From: Antedon mediterranea
Lineage: Eukaryota; Animalia; Echinodermata
Length of the DNA: 64,000 nt
Assembly: GCF_964355755.1 (NCBI RefSeq)
Contig: NC_092671.1
Span: forward strand, 40,558,304 to 40,622,303
Direction: 5' to 3'
Part shown: positions 50,197-61,713 of the stretch, piece after piece
How the letters are laid out: each line of letters begins with the position of its first letter
How positions within the stretch are numbered: position 1 is the first letter of the stretch
Notes under the pieces: model-generated
Databases searched by the model: none
What the model saw: only the letters and a program-made list of their open reading frames with translations
What the model was told of the DNA's origin: nothing
Program-made: the position numbers and the translations under genes

Positions 50197-51212
50197 TATA
50201 TTTGTATTTGATACCTATTTTTCCTCATTTTGGTTATGTGACAATATTTGCGCATGTAAATCAAATAATAGTAACTGATCTGGTTCCATTCTTCCGTCAA
50301 TTTCTTTGAAGTGCTCATGCTCGCAAACACTTTTAGTTTCCATATTTAGACCACAAGTCGAATTTGTTTTTAACAAAATTTAGCTGATCTCTACAATTGT
50401 CAATATTTATAATTATAACGATTATCTAGCCCAAGGAATATTAAAGTCGGTCAAGTACAAAGCCTTCTAATCACCAGTATTAATAGCAATATTTGAGTTT
50501 TCATTAAAACAAGATTTATGTTTATTTATAATTGCTCGTAAATTTTTATATAATAGTGAGTTTCAAACTCTAGGATTGTATTTATGAATTAATTTACTGT
50601 TAAAAGGAACTGCAATTGATATACTGTATTTTTTACAAATACTAAAACAATGGAAAGACACCTTACAACAACATAATTTGCTTAACTGAATAAAAATAAA
50701 AATTGTATTGATACAATATTTATATTCATAATGATATAGTTTAATTATTTATAATGATATAGTTTAATTATTTATAATAATTATAATAATAATATTCTTC
50801 ATATTAGCTACCGTATTGTATTTTATATAAAAAATGTAATATCAAATATTATAGTCATTTGAGGATATTTAAAAAATGAAACTTTTCTTGATTTATTCTC
50901 CTCAGTTCATTAATTTGTTTAATTTGTTTTCTTCTCTTTTTAAATTAATTTTTTTTAATAAAGGTGACTCAAAACAGCCGAGGCTGACATGCATGAGCCC
51001 TCAACACAAATACGAGAAATACAATAACACAAAAATAGAAAAATATAGACGAATAAAAATATGAAAATTTCGAAACCCTCCGAAACAATGCTTATTTTTT
51101 TAGTCGAACTCTTAAAATATTAAATGACGTTGAGTTTCGGATTTCGACGGGTAATGCATTGAGCAAATACGGTGCTTTAGTTGAAAAAACTGTCCATGAA
51201 GGTTTCAAGATA

Positions 51213-51254
<42 letters not shown>

Positions 51255-52880
51255 TTAGGTATTTGTATAGCGCCAGAATCAACTAAACCGAAGTAAAAAT
51301 CCAAGGTGCTTATATTGGATGTTTTCTTCTCTTATTCTATTTTAAGGATCAAACTTCATAGTTGAAGGCTACTGCTCCACTAAGGGTCCCATTGTGACAT
51401 CGGCAGCCAACGACGGTGCCAATACGTCTGTCCACAACAGTGTGTGTGTATGAATTAACTAGTACACCGGGGTAACCCCCTACTCGTCTCGAAAGATGTA
51501 ATAGGTTCTTTAAAGTGCACATGAGCCAGATGTACACTGGTTTATAGTGCTTATCCGAGAAGACTATGGTAAAAAGATGCGTTTTAAGTTCTTTTTTTAA
51601 AATAGCAATAGAAGTTGATTTAGTAAAATGACGAGGGAGAGAATTCTAATGAGAAGCAGCAGTGAACATAAAAGACCTTTGTCCATAAGGTGTTAATTGG
51701 TGTTAATTCTAGGAACAAGTAGTAGGTTTTGGTCAGCCAAACGAAGACAAGCAAGAGGGGTGTAGGAGGGAAGAAGATCAAGGAGATATTGTAGGTTGTT
51801 TAAGAAGTAGCGTTTTAAATGTTAGTAAAAGGATCTTATATTTTATACGGGAGTCAATAGGTAGCCCATGGCGGATAATAGGAGATATGTGTGAGGATCT
51901 TCTAGTAAGAGTTAGAATACGTGGACAGCAGCAGTGTTCTGGAGACGTTGAAGTCGATTCAATAAAGATTTCGGTAGGGCAAAAAAAAGAGAATTGCAAT
52001 AATCAAGGCGAGTGACAGAGGCATTTATTAATGTAGAGGCAGTACGCTTTGAAGCAAGCATTGTTACGTAAATGAAAGTTAGTAGTTTTTGTATAAACAT
52101 GACTTATGTTTGTTGAAGGATAATAATCCATCAAAATAAACCCCAAGATTTTTAACAAAAGGTGATGGAAAAATTTTACAGGAATTAAAAGAAATCGAGG
52201 GAATATTGAATTTTGAACGTATGTTTTTGGTGGAGAAAATGATAAATTCGGTTTTAGAATTGCTAAGCAAGAGCATGTTGGATGATAGCCAGGATGATAT
52301 TTTAGAGAGACAACTTTCAAGTCGTTTAGTTATATCGTGAGATTCAAAAAGATTAAGCTGTAAGATGAGGAAAAGGAACAAAAACAACATAACCTTTTGT
52401 AGAACTTCGAGTGTATTGGACCTTGTTGGGGTTCTGGTAAGATGGAAGTTATGGTAGTCCGGCGCGCATCATTTTTTTCTTATGAGGTAAAGGCAGAAAT
52501 CATGAATAATTCATTACCTTAATTATTTTTCTATTAGAAAGATCTACTTTCTAAATATGCTAAACAAAACCTCTAAATAATCTCTCTCTCAACTATTAAA
52601 AAAACATGTTCTTGCTAGACCTCGAACCGAGGGCTCCAATGCAACAGGTTAAACCTTTACCAGTAGACCAAACATCCCGGTTGGCAAACGCTGTTTACAC
52701 AAATTATTTATCTGTCCATGCTTATATAACGCCCTCTGTGATAGTGCTGTATAGTGTTTCGCGTAAGTGGATAAGCATGTAGAAGCTTTATTTTGTATTT
52801 TTGGATGTTTATATTGGATTCAAATAGTGATCCTCCACACACTGCAGTAATCAATGCGAGAGTGAGAAAGATGGTGTTGG

Positions 52881-53170
52881 AATTACCTCCGCCAAGGAGG
52901 TTATGTTTTCACCCCCTGTATGGGTGTGTGCGTGTGTGTGTCTGTGAACAGCCTGGACGCCACAGTTTTTATCTGATTCTCACCAAATTTGGCCACAGTG
53001 ATCTATGCCTCAAAAGCTCGGACTAGTTTGAGGGGAAAGGTCATAGGTCAAGGTCACAACTAACAAAAAACTATTTTACTGTCTAGAGACCACAGTTTTT
53101 ATCCAATTCTCACCAAACTAATGATCAATGACTCATCATATAATTGTGGTTAAATTTTGAAGGTCCACAA
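52881..53170 (+). mobile_element. Helentron-associated (HINE/DINE-1-like) element 5' part
   Basis: ATTACCTCCGCCAAGGAGGTTATGTTTTCA stem-loop start, then a GTGT/GTCT microsatellite and AGGTCA-rich repeats. Confidence 0.5.
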
Positions 53171-53302
53171 AAAAAAACAAATAAAAAAAATACGCTGGAT
53201 ACATAACCATTACACCAAACTCTCATCCACAACTTTGTAGTGTGCAGTTAGCCTATTTACACTTAGAACTTATAAAAATATATATAATTAATGTTCATTA
53301 AA

Positions 53303-53725
53303 GCAAAGCACGCTCGTTGAGCTTGTGCACTCTTTGTGTTCATAATCAGTGTACAATGTCCCGCATACCTGGCTCAGCCTATATTATTGTGCCAGTTCTG
53401 CGGTACATTTCATTTCGAAACCTGATCTGCACTGACGAGATCTAATAAGATCGAAACAGTACTGTCTGCAGATTGGATTTTTCGCTCCTCTACTTTCTGC
53501 TATATTCATATATAGTATGTTGTTTTGTAGAGCACTCTTCATTTCGAAACGGTGCATTTTTGTTGTGAATACTATTAGCATTTTGCAAAGCACGCTCGTT
53601 GAGCTTGTGCACTCTTTGTGTTCATAATCAGTGTACCATGTCCCGTATACCTGGCTCAGCCTATATATTGTGCCAGTTCTGCGGTACATCTCAAAAACCT
53701 GAGCTGCACTGACGAGATCTAATAA
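53303..53725 (+). mobile_element. Non-LTR retrozyme-like repeat (~280-bp monomer, ~1.5 copies)
   Basis: 53303-53448 repeated at 53585-53725; one complete and one truncated hammerhead 277 bp apart. Confidence 0.8.
53425..53473 (+). ncRNA. Type I hammerhead ribozyme
   Basis: AUCUGCA-CUGACGA-GAUCU(AAUA)AGAUC-GAAA-CAG(UA)CUG-UC^UGCAGAU; complete canonical core, predicted cleavage after 53466. Confidence 0.92.
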
Positions 53726-54899
53726 TTAATTTTAAGATTGATATTTTTATGTTGACGAAGTTTATTATGGGTTGCAATGAGCACTGATGTTGTCTTCTTA
53801 GTGTTGACGATGAGATCATTTTTTAACATTAATTCTAAATCACTCGTTGATGTACTGAAATTTAATTAATTTGAAACGATATGATAAGAAAATCTGTGAG
53901 AATATTTTCTTTTTATACCCAGCATGGTACGAATTCGCTAGGTCCACTGTGATTGAAGGTAGTTGAAATGAATTCTCGAATAAGTCCTATGGCACCAAGT
54001 CTCGACGTAACCATCGTTGTTGATACTTTTTCACTAGCAATCGATATTTGTAGAAGATTAAGGGATAGATAATGCATTCGCCAAAATATATTTTGTTGGA
54101 TAATTTTTTTATTCTTGAGTTGCTAATTTAAAAAAAGTTAGGTGCAACCACTTCCCGCCATTTTCAATTTAAAAATGGCTGACATTCCACATTAACCTTG
54201 GTCATCCATGGTATCATCGGAATTTTATCACTATTCATTTTATCCAATCACACCCATGTCGAAAATTAAATACCGTACCGGTATTTATTCGAATAAAAGC
54301 CCGGAGTGGATGCCAATTTGTCTCGGGCGGACTACACATGAACTTTTGTAATGACAAACGAAAGTGCGTTTTGGTCAATTACTAAAAAATTAGCATTTTG
54401 TAGATAAGCACTTTTCTCGGCAGTATAATATGTCCAAAATAATAGAATTGTTCTAATAGAGACATTCAAATTTTTCCAAAATGTTTACATTTTTAACAAA
54501 TCTGAATGTCTCTATAAAATACAATCTCTCTATTTTAGACAAAATATACCTATAGTACGATTTTCGCTATTCTGTACAAAATGTTCACATGATGTCTATT
54601 TTAACGCACACCAACAGCATATTCCGGAAAGACGTATTAATCTCTGCTTTATTCCGTGTTACACGGATAACTTTATGTTGGAATCGTGGAAATTGACGGT
54701 CACTTTAAGCTTCCGTACTTAACACCAACTTGCATAAGAAGTAGTATAATTAAGAAATGTGTCCTATGTTGAAATAATTAATGTAATGTATTTAAAATGA
54801 AGAAAAGGAAGATAAATGTAAAGCTTTAAGTTACGATAACTATAAATAAATAGCAAATAATACAAATAAAAAAATGTGATAAACTGAAACTTTTAATAT

Positions 54900-56510
54900 A
54901 CCTTAAATAAAGAAACAGTACTTTAAATACATTTATTAAATAAATTTCTTTTAACAATTTTGTTCTAAACGGGTATCTCTTGTTAAAAGAGAGAGAGTTC
55001 GTGCCATAATTTGGCCCCTGTAAAATAAAATCCTATCTTGACCTAAATTAGTACGAGGTTTGGGTAAGGCAAAATGAACAGTTTTATTTAATCTGGTATT
55101 GTACGAATGATCAATAGTTTGAAATAATCAGTAATAGATGTAGTGTTCGGTTGTGATAGTCAAAAATATTAAATTTAAGAACATATAATTCAAGTGTATG
55201 ATCTCTAAAATGAAAAAAAATAAATACATCTGACAATCATTTTTGGGGAAAATAAAAACAGGTAGACAGAAATCCAGCTTTTTTCTAACTCTTTTACAAA
55301 CATCATCAATGTGGAGTTTTTAAGATAAGAGTTTTTCAAACTTAATTTCAAAATTAATAAATGAACTTTCTTTAATTAAAACATTGTTAATAATAGTTAA
55401 ATAACTTTTAATTCTAATAACTTTATTTTTGGACTGAAAAATCATATAATTAGTTTTTTCCGAATTTATTGTGAGCTTATTTGCAATACACCACCCAGTA
55501 ACTTGTTTTAGCTGAGTATTAATATCAAATAAATCAAGGATGCTTCCAAGAAAAGAGTAGAATAAATTAGTGTCGTCAGCAAATAGTCGAAAATAAAAAA
55601 AATCAGAGGAATTTGGTAAATCAATAATGTAAATTAAAAAAGAATGGGTCCCAGCACAGATCCCTGGGGAACACCACATGTTATATCTAATGTATCTGAA
55701 GTATAATGACTTGATATAATTAGTTGTCTCCTATTACAAAGATAATTAGAAATCCATTTAAGTGTATTGCATCGAATGCCATAACGTAATATATAGTGAT
55801 CAATTGTATCTAAAGAATTTCTGAAATCAATAAAGAGAAGATTCTTTATGATCAATATTGTATTGGAGATTATTAACGAGATTAATTATTTTCTAAAACC
55901 ATACTGATGTTTATAAAATAAATCGTACCATTCAAAATAGTTAACGAACCTTTCATTAAATAATTGTTCTAAAACTTTACTTAAATCTAGACGAATAGAT
56001 ATGGGTCTATAATTAGTAAATATTGATTTTGATTTTTGAAATGAGATATTTAATATAATAGCATAGAGGCAAATAGGGCCTATATAAATGGGGTTGAAAT
56101 TGAAATTAATTTTATTATTATCATAACCTGAAGCTTGTTTCTTGTCAAGAGAAGAAAATAAATTAAAAACCTCAACTGATGTAATAGGTTCTAAATACAG
56201 TGAATTAATATATGGTTGAACAAGAAAAGAAGAAAAATTAATTAAGTCATCATTGCGAATATCTTTAGGTAACACAGCAGGACCGATATTAGTAAATAAA
56301 TGATTAAATTCATTAACAATTGCGTTACCATCCATAAAATTAACATCACCGTCCGGTTTAGAGACTGTGATTTTGTGTGGTAGTTTGGTTGGTGATGTTC
56401 TCCTTCCAAGTAGGTTATTTATTATCTGCCATGTTTTCTTGGAATTGTTTTTGTCATTAAAGTTAAATGGTTTAAAAAATTTCTTTTAGCTGTTCTGAGT
56501 ATTTTTATGG
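54900..56510 (-). pseudogene. Degenerate L2/CR1-group (Crack/Daphne-like) LINE ORF2
   Basis: Fragments in several frames: FNHLFTNIGP, ASGYD, NYRPISI, HQYGFRK, GVPQGSVLGP, LFADDTNL, NKLTINSEKTNYM. Confidence 0.85.
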
Positions 56511-56606
56511 CGCGCCAAGCTGTCATTTATTCAAGCAATAGAGATATCTTAGTTTTTAATAGAGATATCTTAGTTTTAAATAGAGATATCTTAGTTTTAA
56601 ATCATC

Positions 56607-56739
56607 TCATCTCCTTTCCACGCTGCCTTTACAGAGAATCCTAACAGACCTGGGTTCGGAAATATGTATTCCAATGTTTCAGGTCTGTTAGGATTCTCTG
56701 TAAAGGATCCATATTGATGACAGCGTGGAAAGGAGATGA
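56607..56739. repeat. Small foldback/MITE-like inverted repeat
   Basis: TCATCTCCTTTCCACGCTG and CCTTTACAGAGAATCCTAACAGACCTG both have perfect inverted partners within 133 bp. Confidence 0.75.
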
Positions 56740-56816
56740 AGGTACCCAGGCTTAGGCCTAAGAGGTTAAAACAAAATCGCGAGCGGGAATGACATACGCT
56801 GCCAATAGTTTGACTT

Positions 56817-57025
56817 TTCAATTCAATTCAAACATTTCATTCAAAACATTTCATTCAAAACATTTCATTCAAAACATTTCATTCAAAACATTTCGTTCAA
56901 AACATTTCATTCAAAACATTTTATTCAAAACATTCAATTCAAAACATTTCATTCAAAACATTTCATTCAAAACATTTCATTCAAAACATTCAATTCAAAG
57001 CATTCAATTCAAAACATTTCATTCA
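56817..57025. repeat. 14-bp minisatellite (ATTTCATTCAAAAC)n
   Basis: About 14 tandem copies; explains the repetitive ORF 56789-57121. Confidence 0.95.
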
Positions 57026-57120
57026 TATCTCGCGCCATTCAATTCATATCGATGCATTTCATTCACATATCGCGTCATAAAATTCATATCATCAAAATGT
57101 TGCGTAAACGGCGTTCCATA

Positions 57121-57961
57121 GTTATCAGTAAAGTTAAGTCAAGGTTGAAGTTCTTACATAGGCAAAGTTCATGCTTGAATAAAAAGTGTCGTAAACTATT
57201 AAGCACTGCTTTAATTCAATGTACATTTGACTATTCTGCCTCGACATGGTACGGCGGTGTCAATAAGAATCTTAAACATAAATTACAAACTGCCCAAAAC
57301 AAGATGGCACGTTTCATTTTAAATGTTGGTCCGAGGTCTCACATAAGTGCCAAAGAGCTTTCCGATCTTGGGTTTCTTAATGTCAGCCTCAGAAATAAGT
57401 TTTTAAGATTAAATTATGTTCACAAAATTCGCTATAACTTTAATACGCCTTCTTTCCTTAACGATAACTTTTTGTTAATTTCTGATCATCATAACCATTT
57501 CACCAGGGGTACAACATTTAATTTTGTCAATCCTAAAGCTACTGGCGTTAATGATTCGACTTTTTATTTCTTAGGTAGGCCGCTATCCGTGACTGGAACA
57601 GGCTCCCCAATTCACTCAAATCAATACAAAATAATGCAACCTTCAAAATAAAACTTAAAGAATATTTTAATAATGAACAGCTTGGAATATCAGTTTAATT
57701 AAGTTATTTTTTAATATTGTTTTTTGATGTTATCTTGTCTTATATGTATTTTCTTGTTTTTCCAATTTTACTGCGTCCAACTGAATGATATATTGTACTA
57801 GGCCCAACCACTCACTTTTTCAGTTAATACGGATTGGACCCCATTGGGAATAAGTTTACTTTTATTTGTCGACTTAATGGGTTATCCTGGTATTCTTTTT
57901 GTATTGTATATTTTAACTTTTGTGTATGAATATCGAATAAAATCAATCAATCAATCAATCA
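57121..57961 (+). mobile_element. 5'-truncated Crack/Daphne-like LINE 3' end
   Basis: KSRLKFLHR..ALIQCTFDYSASTWY..KLQTAQNKMARFIL; frameshift near the end; AATAAA(ATCA)n tail. Confidence 0.8.
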
Positions 57962-58124
57962 CTACCCGTTATGCCACAATGTACACGAGTAATGAAAGGT
58001 GACAATAGTATAGTCTTATACGCGCTTCATTTTACGTCATTCTAATCGTTACGTCATAAATTTGCATATTCATGACGTACTTTTGAGGAAACGAATCTAG
58101 TTTTAACCTTGCTATAAACCAGAG

Positions 58125-58193
58125 GGCCGGATAGCTCAGTCGGTAGAGCGTCGTGGAACACGATTATCGTGGGTTCAAACCCCATGCCGGTCT
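58125..58193 (+). mobile_element. tRNA-derived SINE head or tRNA pseudogene
   Basis: A box TAGCTCAGTCGG, B box GGTTCAAACCC, acceptor stem GGCCGG/CCGGTC; anticodon loop reduced to 3 nt; no T-run terminator. Confidence 0.65.
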
Positions 58194-59682
58194 GGAAAAG
58201 AGTTAAAGCTATGCGAGCTTCTGTGTTTGGGGTTCACAGATTTAAACGTCCCCCTTTTCACCACACATCATGAGGCAATAACATCAAAGCATCTGATGCG
58301 TGGTATCCCCAAGGCTGTGAGAGAGCCTTACCGTGCTAGAGGCAAGGGAGCACACCATCATTTTTTTTTCTACCCGCCTCTTTCCGATCTCTTAAATTTT
58401 ATGTTTGGCGCCCTCAATTTTAAGAACACCTAAATTATGTCTGAAAATTAGGAACAAATAAATAGAAATGTGTAAAGATGCCGATGCCTGGCCTGGCTAG
58501 TGTATTCTCTCTATTTATTTAAATACATATGCATTATTGTAATAAATAATTTTCACAATTTGTTGTGAATTTTTAACTTTGAACAAACGAAAAGGATTTC
58601 AAACCATGTAGGCCTAACTACATTTGACTGTGTTTGAGCATGAATATTAATAATATTGAATTAAGTGAATAATTGATAATGAGAAATCAAAACAACTGAT
58701 ACAATGAATTAAATGATGAACAATAGCAGCCTGAACAAGCATGGCCATCCAACCAACCCTTTGATTGCTACCCCTATGCAAATATTGAACAGTTTGTATG
58801 ATACCTGAAAGAGTTGGTGCAGGTGTAGTGGGAAAGATGGTGTTGTAATGTTAGTCATCGCGGCCACACTGTTGAATGTTGATCTTTTACATTAGACGAT
58901 TATTCAAATCTTGTAAAAAAACAATTTCTCCGGGCAGGAACCTAGCAGATTCTCTCATTTAGTAATCTCGAAAAGAAGCCCGCTCAAGAATACTAAAAAA
59001 TGAAGGAGCACATTTGGCTTCAATTGGCCTTAGTGCTGAGGGTACGGCAACGTTTGTCTATTTTGGCCCTAATGGCCGCCCATATTGAAGGACGCGAAAA
59101 TCCTGTGGCGAAAGAAATTTCGACGGCTGGTAAAAAAAACTAATACATATTTGGGACCGACGACACCGCATATTTCGGATATGTTCGGACCCCCAAAATG
59201 AAGACTGGAGCATGTTCATGTACATTGATTATTAACAACTTAGGGAGTTTTAAAGGAAGATGTGATTGGATATTGAGGGAGAGCGTCATTTCGACGATCG
59301 AGCATTCTCTACTCTCTATTTAGAGAATGACGGATTAATGAATAAATAATATGATCAGAACTATGGAGCACCAATCATTGTTTTGTCTAGCAACCTAAAG
59401 AAATTGCCTGTCGTACATGTTTACAACACTAAATGTTTAAAATTTCATTTCTTTCGCTCTGACAACTCCCTGCTCTGACACTACAGATTTCAAAATAAGT
59501 TTTTTTCTGTGGAAAGTCCTGCGTTGTAGTAAAAAGCCGATGGGATGGTAATTAATTGTCTTTATCATTCAATATCCCGTATTTTTTGTGTAATTATATT
59601 TTTCTAATTAATAAAAGATTTTTTATTTTGTGTATGTACAGTACTTGTATCTGAATATTTGTTACTTGCAGCCAAATATACC

Positions 59683-60697
59683 ATCATTTTGGGTATATGG
59701 AACACAATGCATTATATATAATGAATAAACCACTGTAATGAGCAATGAGGCCGTTTTCCTATGTTAAAGCATTGTGTTCATGTGGTATCATTTTGGGTAT
59801 ATGAAACAAATGCATTATATATAATGAATAAACCCAATACGAGGGCGTTTTCCTATGTTAAAGCATTGTGTTCCTGGGGTATCATCTTGGTTATATGGAA
59901 CACAATTCATTATAGGCTAATGATAAACCACTGTAATATGAGGCCGTTTTCCTATGTTAAAGCATTGTGTTCCTGGGGTATCATTTTGGGTATATGGAAC
60001 ACAATGCATTATATAATGAATAAACCACTGTAATATGAGGCCGTTTTCCTATGTTAAAGCATTGTGTTCCTGGGGTATTATGTTGGGTATATGGAACACA
60101 ATGCATTATATAATATAATGAATAAACCACTTCAAGAAGCAATTAGGCCGTTTTCCTATGTTAAAGCATTGTGTTCCTGTGGTATCATTTTGGTTATATG
60201 GAACACAATGCATTATATATAATGAATAAACTACTGTAATACGAGGCCGTTTTCCTATGTTAAAGCATTGTGTTCCTGGGGTATCATTTTTGGGTATGTA
60301 TATGGAACACAATGCATTATATTTGATGAATAAACCACTGTAATAAGCAATGAGGCCGTTTTCCTATATTATAACATTGTGTTCCTGGGGTATCATTTTG
60401 GTTAATGGAACACAATGCATTATATATAATGAATAAACCACTGTAATATGAGGCCGTTTTCCGATGTTAAAGCATTGTGTTCCTGGTGTATCATTTTGGG
60501 TATATGAAACACAATGCATTATATATAATGTTTAAACCACTATATAACAATAAAGAGCAATGAGGCCGTTTTGCTATGTTATAGCATTGTGTTCCTGGGG
60601 TATCATTTTGGTTATATGGAACACAATGCATTATATATAATAAATAAACCACTGTAATATGAGGCCGTTTTCCTATGTTAAAGCATTTTGTTCCATA
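59683..60697 (-). repeat. ~100-bp satellite array, ~10 copies
   Basis: Reverse complement of the 61714-64000 unit. Confidence 0.95.
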
Positions 60698-60699
60698 TA

Positions 60700-60927
60700 A
60701 ATGTTCAATATAGGTTGCTCCATCCATATTGCAAAAAAAAAAATAACTATCGAGCCATTATCACTGATTTTTTAAATTTACGTGTTTACAAAATGTACAC
60801 TTATGAAAGACCATACAATTCCAAAGCATTTTTTAAACCTAATAAAGATTTTAAAAAAAACAACCAACAAAAAACGTTCATGAATGAAATTTTGTTTCTG
60901 TGAATAGAGCAACCTATACTGAACATA
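60700..60927. mobile_element. Small MITE at the satellite edge
   Basis: ATGTTCAATATAGGTTGCTC inverted with GAGCAACCTATACTGAACAT. Confidence 0.55.
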
Positions 60928-61713
60928 TAAAAGAAGTTTCAAATGTTTTTAAATTCGAAAAGTATTTTTTATCGATGTTTTTTGTATATGTTTTTAAGCA
61001 AAATTCTATCCATAACCTAATTTTTAATGTTCAATGTGATATTTATTGAAGTGCTTTGAATACGCTGATGAAATTTGGAGGTATGAAACTTTGTTAGGAG
61101 TAGAATCAGCTTCCAGCATTAAATGTTAAAAATATGTTTATATTACTCATTAATTAATAATAATTATTAATAAATTAATAGAAAACTAGAGAGGGCGCTT
61201 TTCGACAAGGTAATGAATGTTTTTTTATGTGTGTTATTTTTCCGCTCGAGTTTATTCAATGTACTGTAATATACACTGTTACATACTATTTTATTGGGAA
61301 GTAATTATTTTTGTGTGAATCTTCTTGGAGTTGTTTGAAAGCCTATCCGCTTACTTCTTTTCTTCAGAAAACATCTAATTTAGGTCTTAAAGTGACAAAA
61401 ATACACCAGATTCTGCCCACACACACTTCATCTCCTGAACTAACATAGTACAGTATAAGTCAAATTAATTGTTTTACATTTTTTTTATTGAAATCAATCT
61501 GCCTCAAAAAATATTATAATAGTAACAATAACAGAAAGGTAGATAGGTATTTTTATAATTTTTAAATTTAAAAATGTAAACAAAAAAAAAACTGAATAAA
61601 TGTTTATACATACATTATAAATGCAATAAAATAACTACTATTTTAGTAATGCATACACAAGTAGAGAATATCAGAAATCAATGAATTATGTTTCTAAATA
61701 TGGCATTATTAGG

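Larger units (their letters stand above)
20951..52111. repeat. Tandem array of ~8.3-kb units (~3.75 copies; A-B-A-B higher-order period ~16.6 kb)
   Basis: Unit starts 20951, 29225, 37551, 45826 (periods 8274, 8326, 8275); the same spurious ORF set recurs; diagnostic indels alternate between units. Confidence 0.97.

Noticed and set aside
21301-52100. Recurring 60-85 aa ORFs as an amplified gene cluster
   Set aside because: No recognisable domains beyond LINE and integrase remnants; the recurrence just reflects the DNA repeat, and the poly-Leu ORF is a TAA microsatellite.
52611-52670. Minus-strand tRNA-like A/B boxes (TGGTCTACTGGTA, GGTTCGAGGTC)
   Set aside because: Too degenerate to fold as a tRNA; at most an old SINE remnant.
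58125-58193. Functional tRNA gene
   Set aside because: The anticodon loop has only 3 nt and there is no Pol III terminator.
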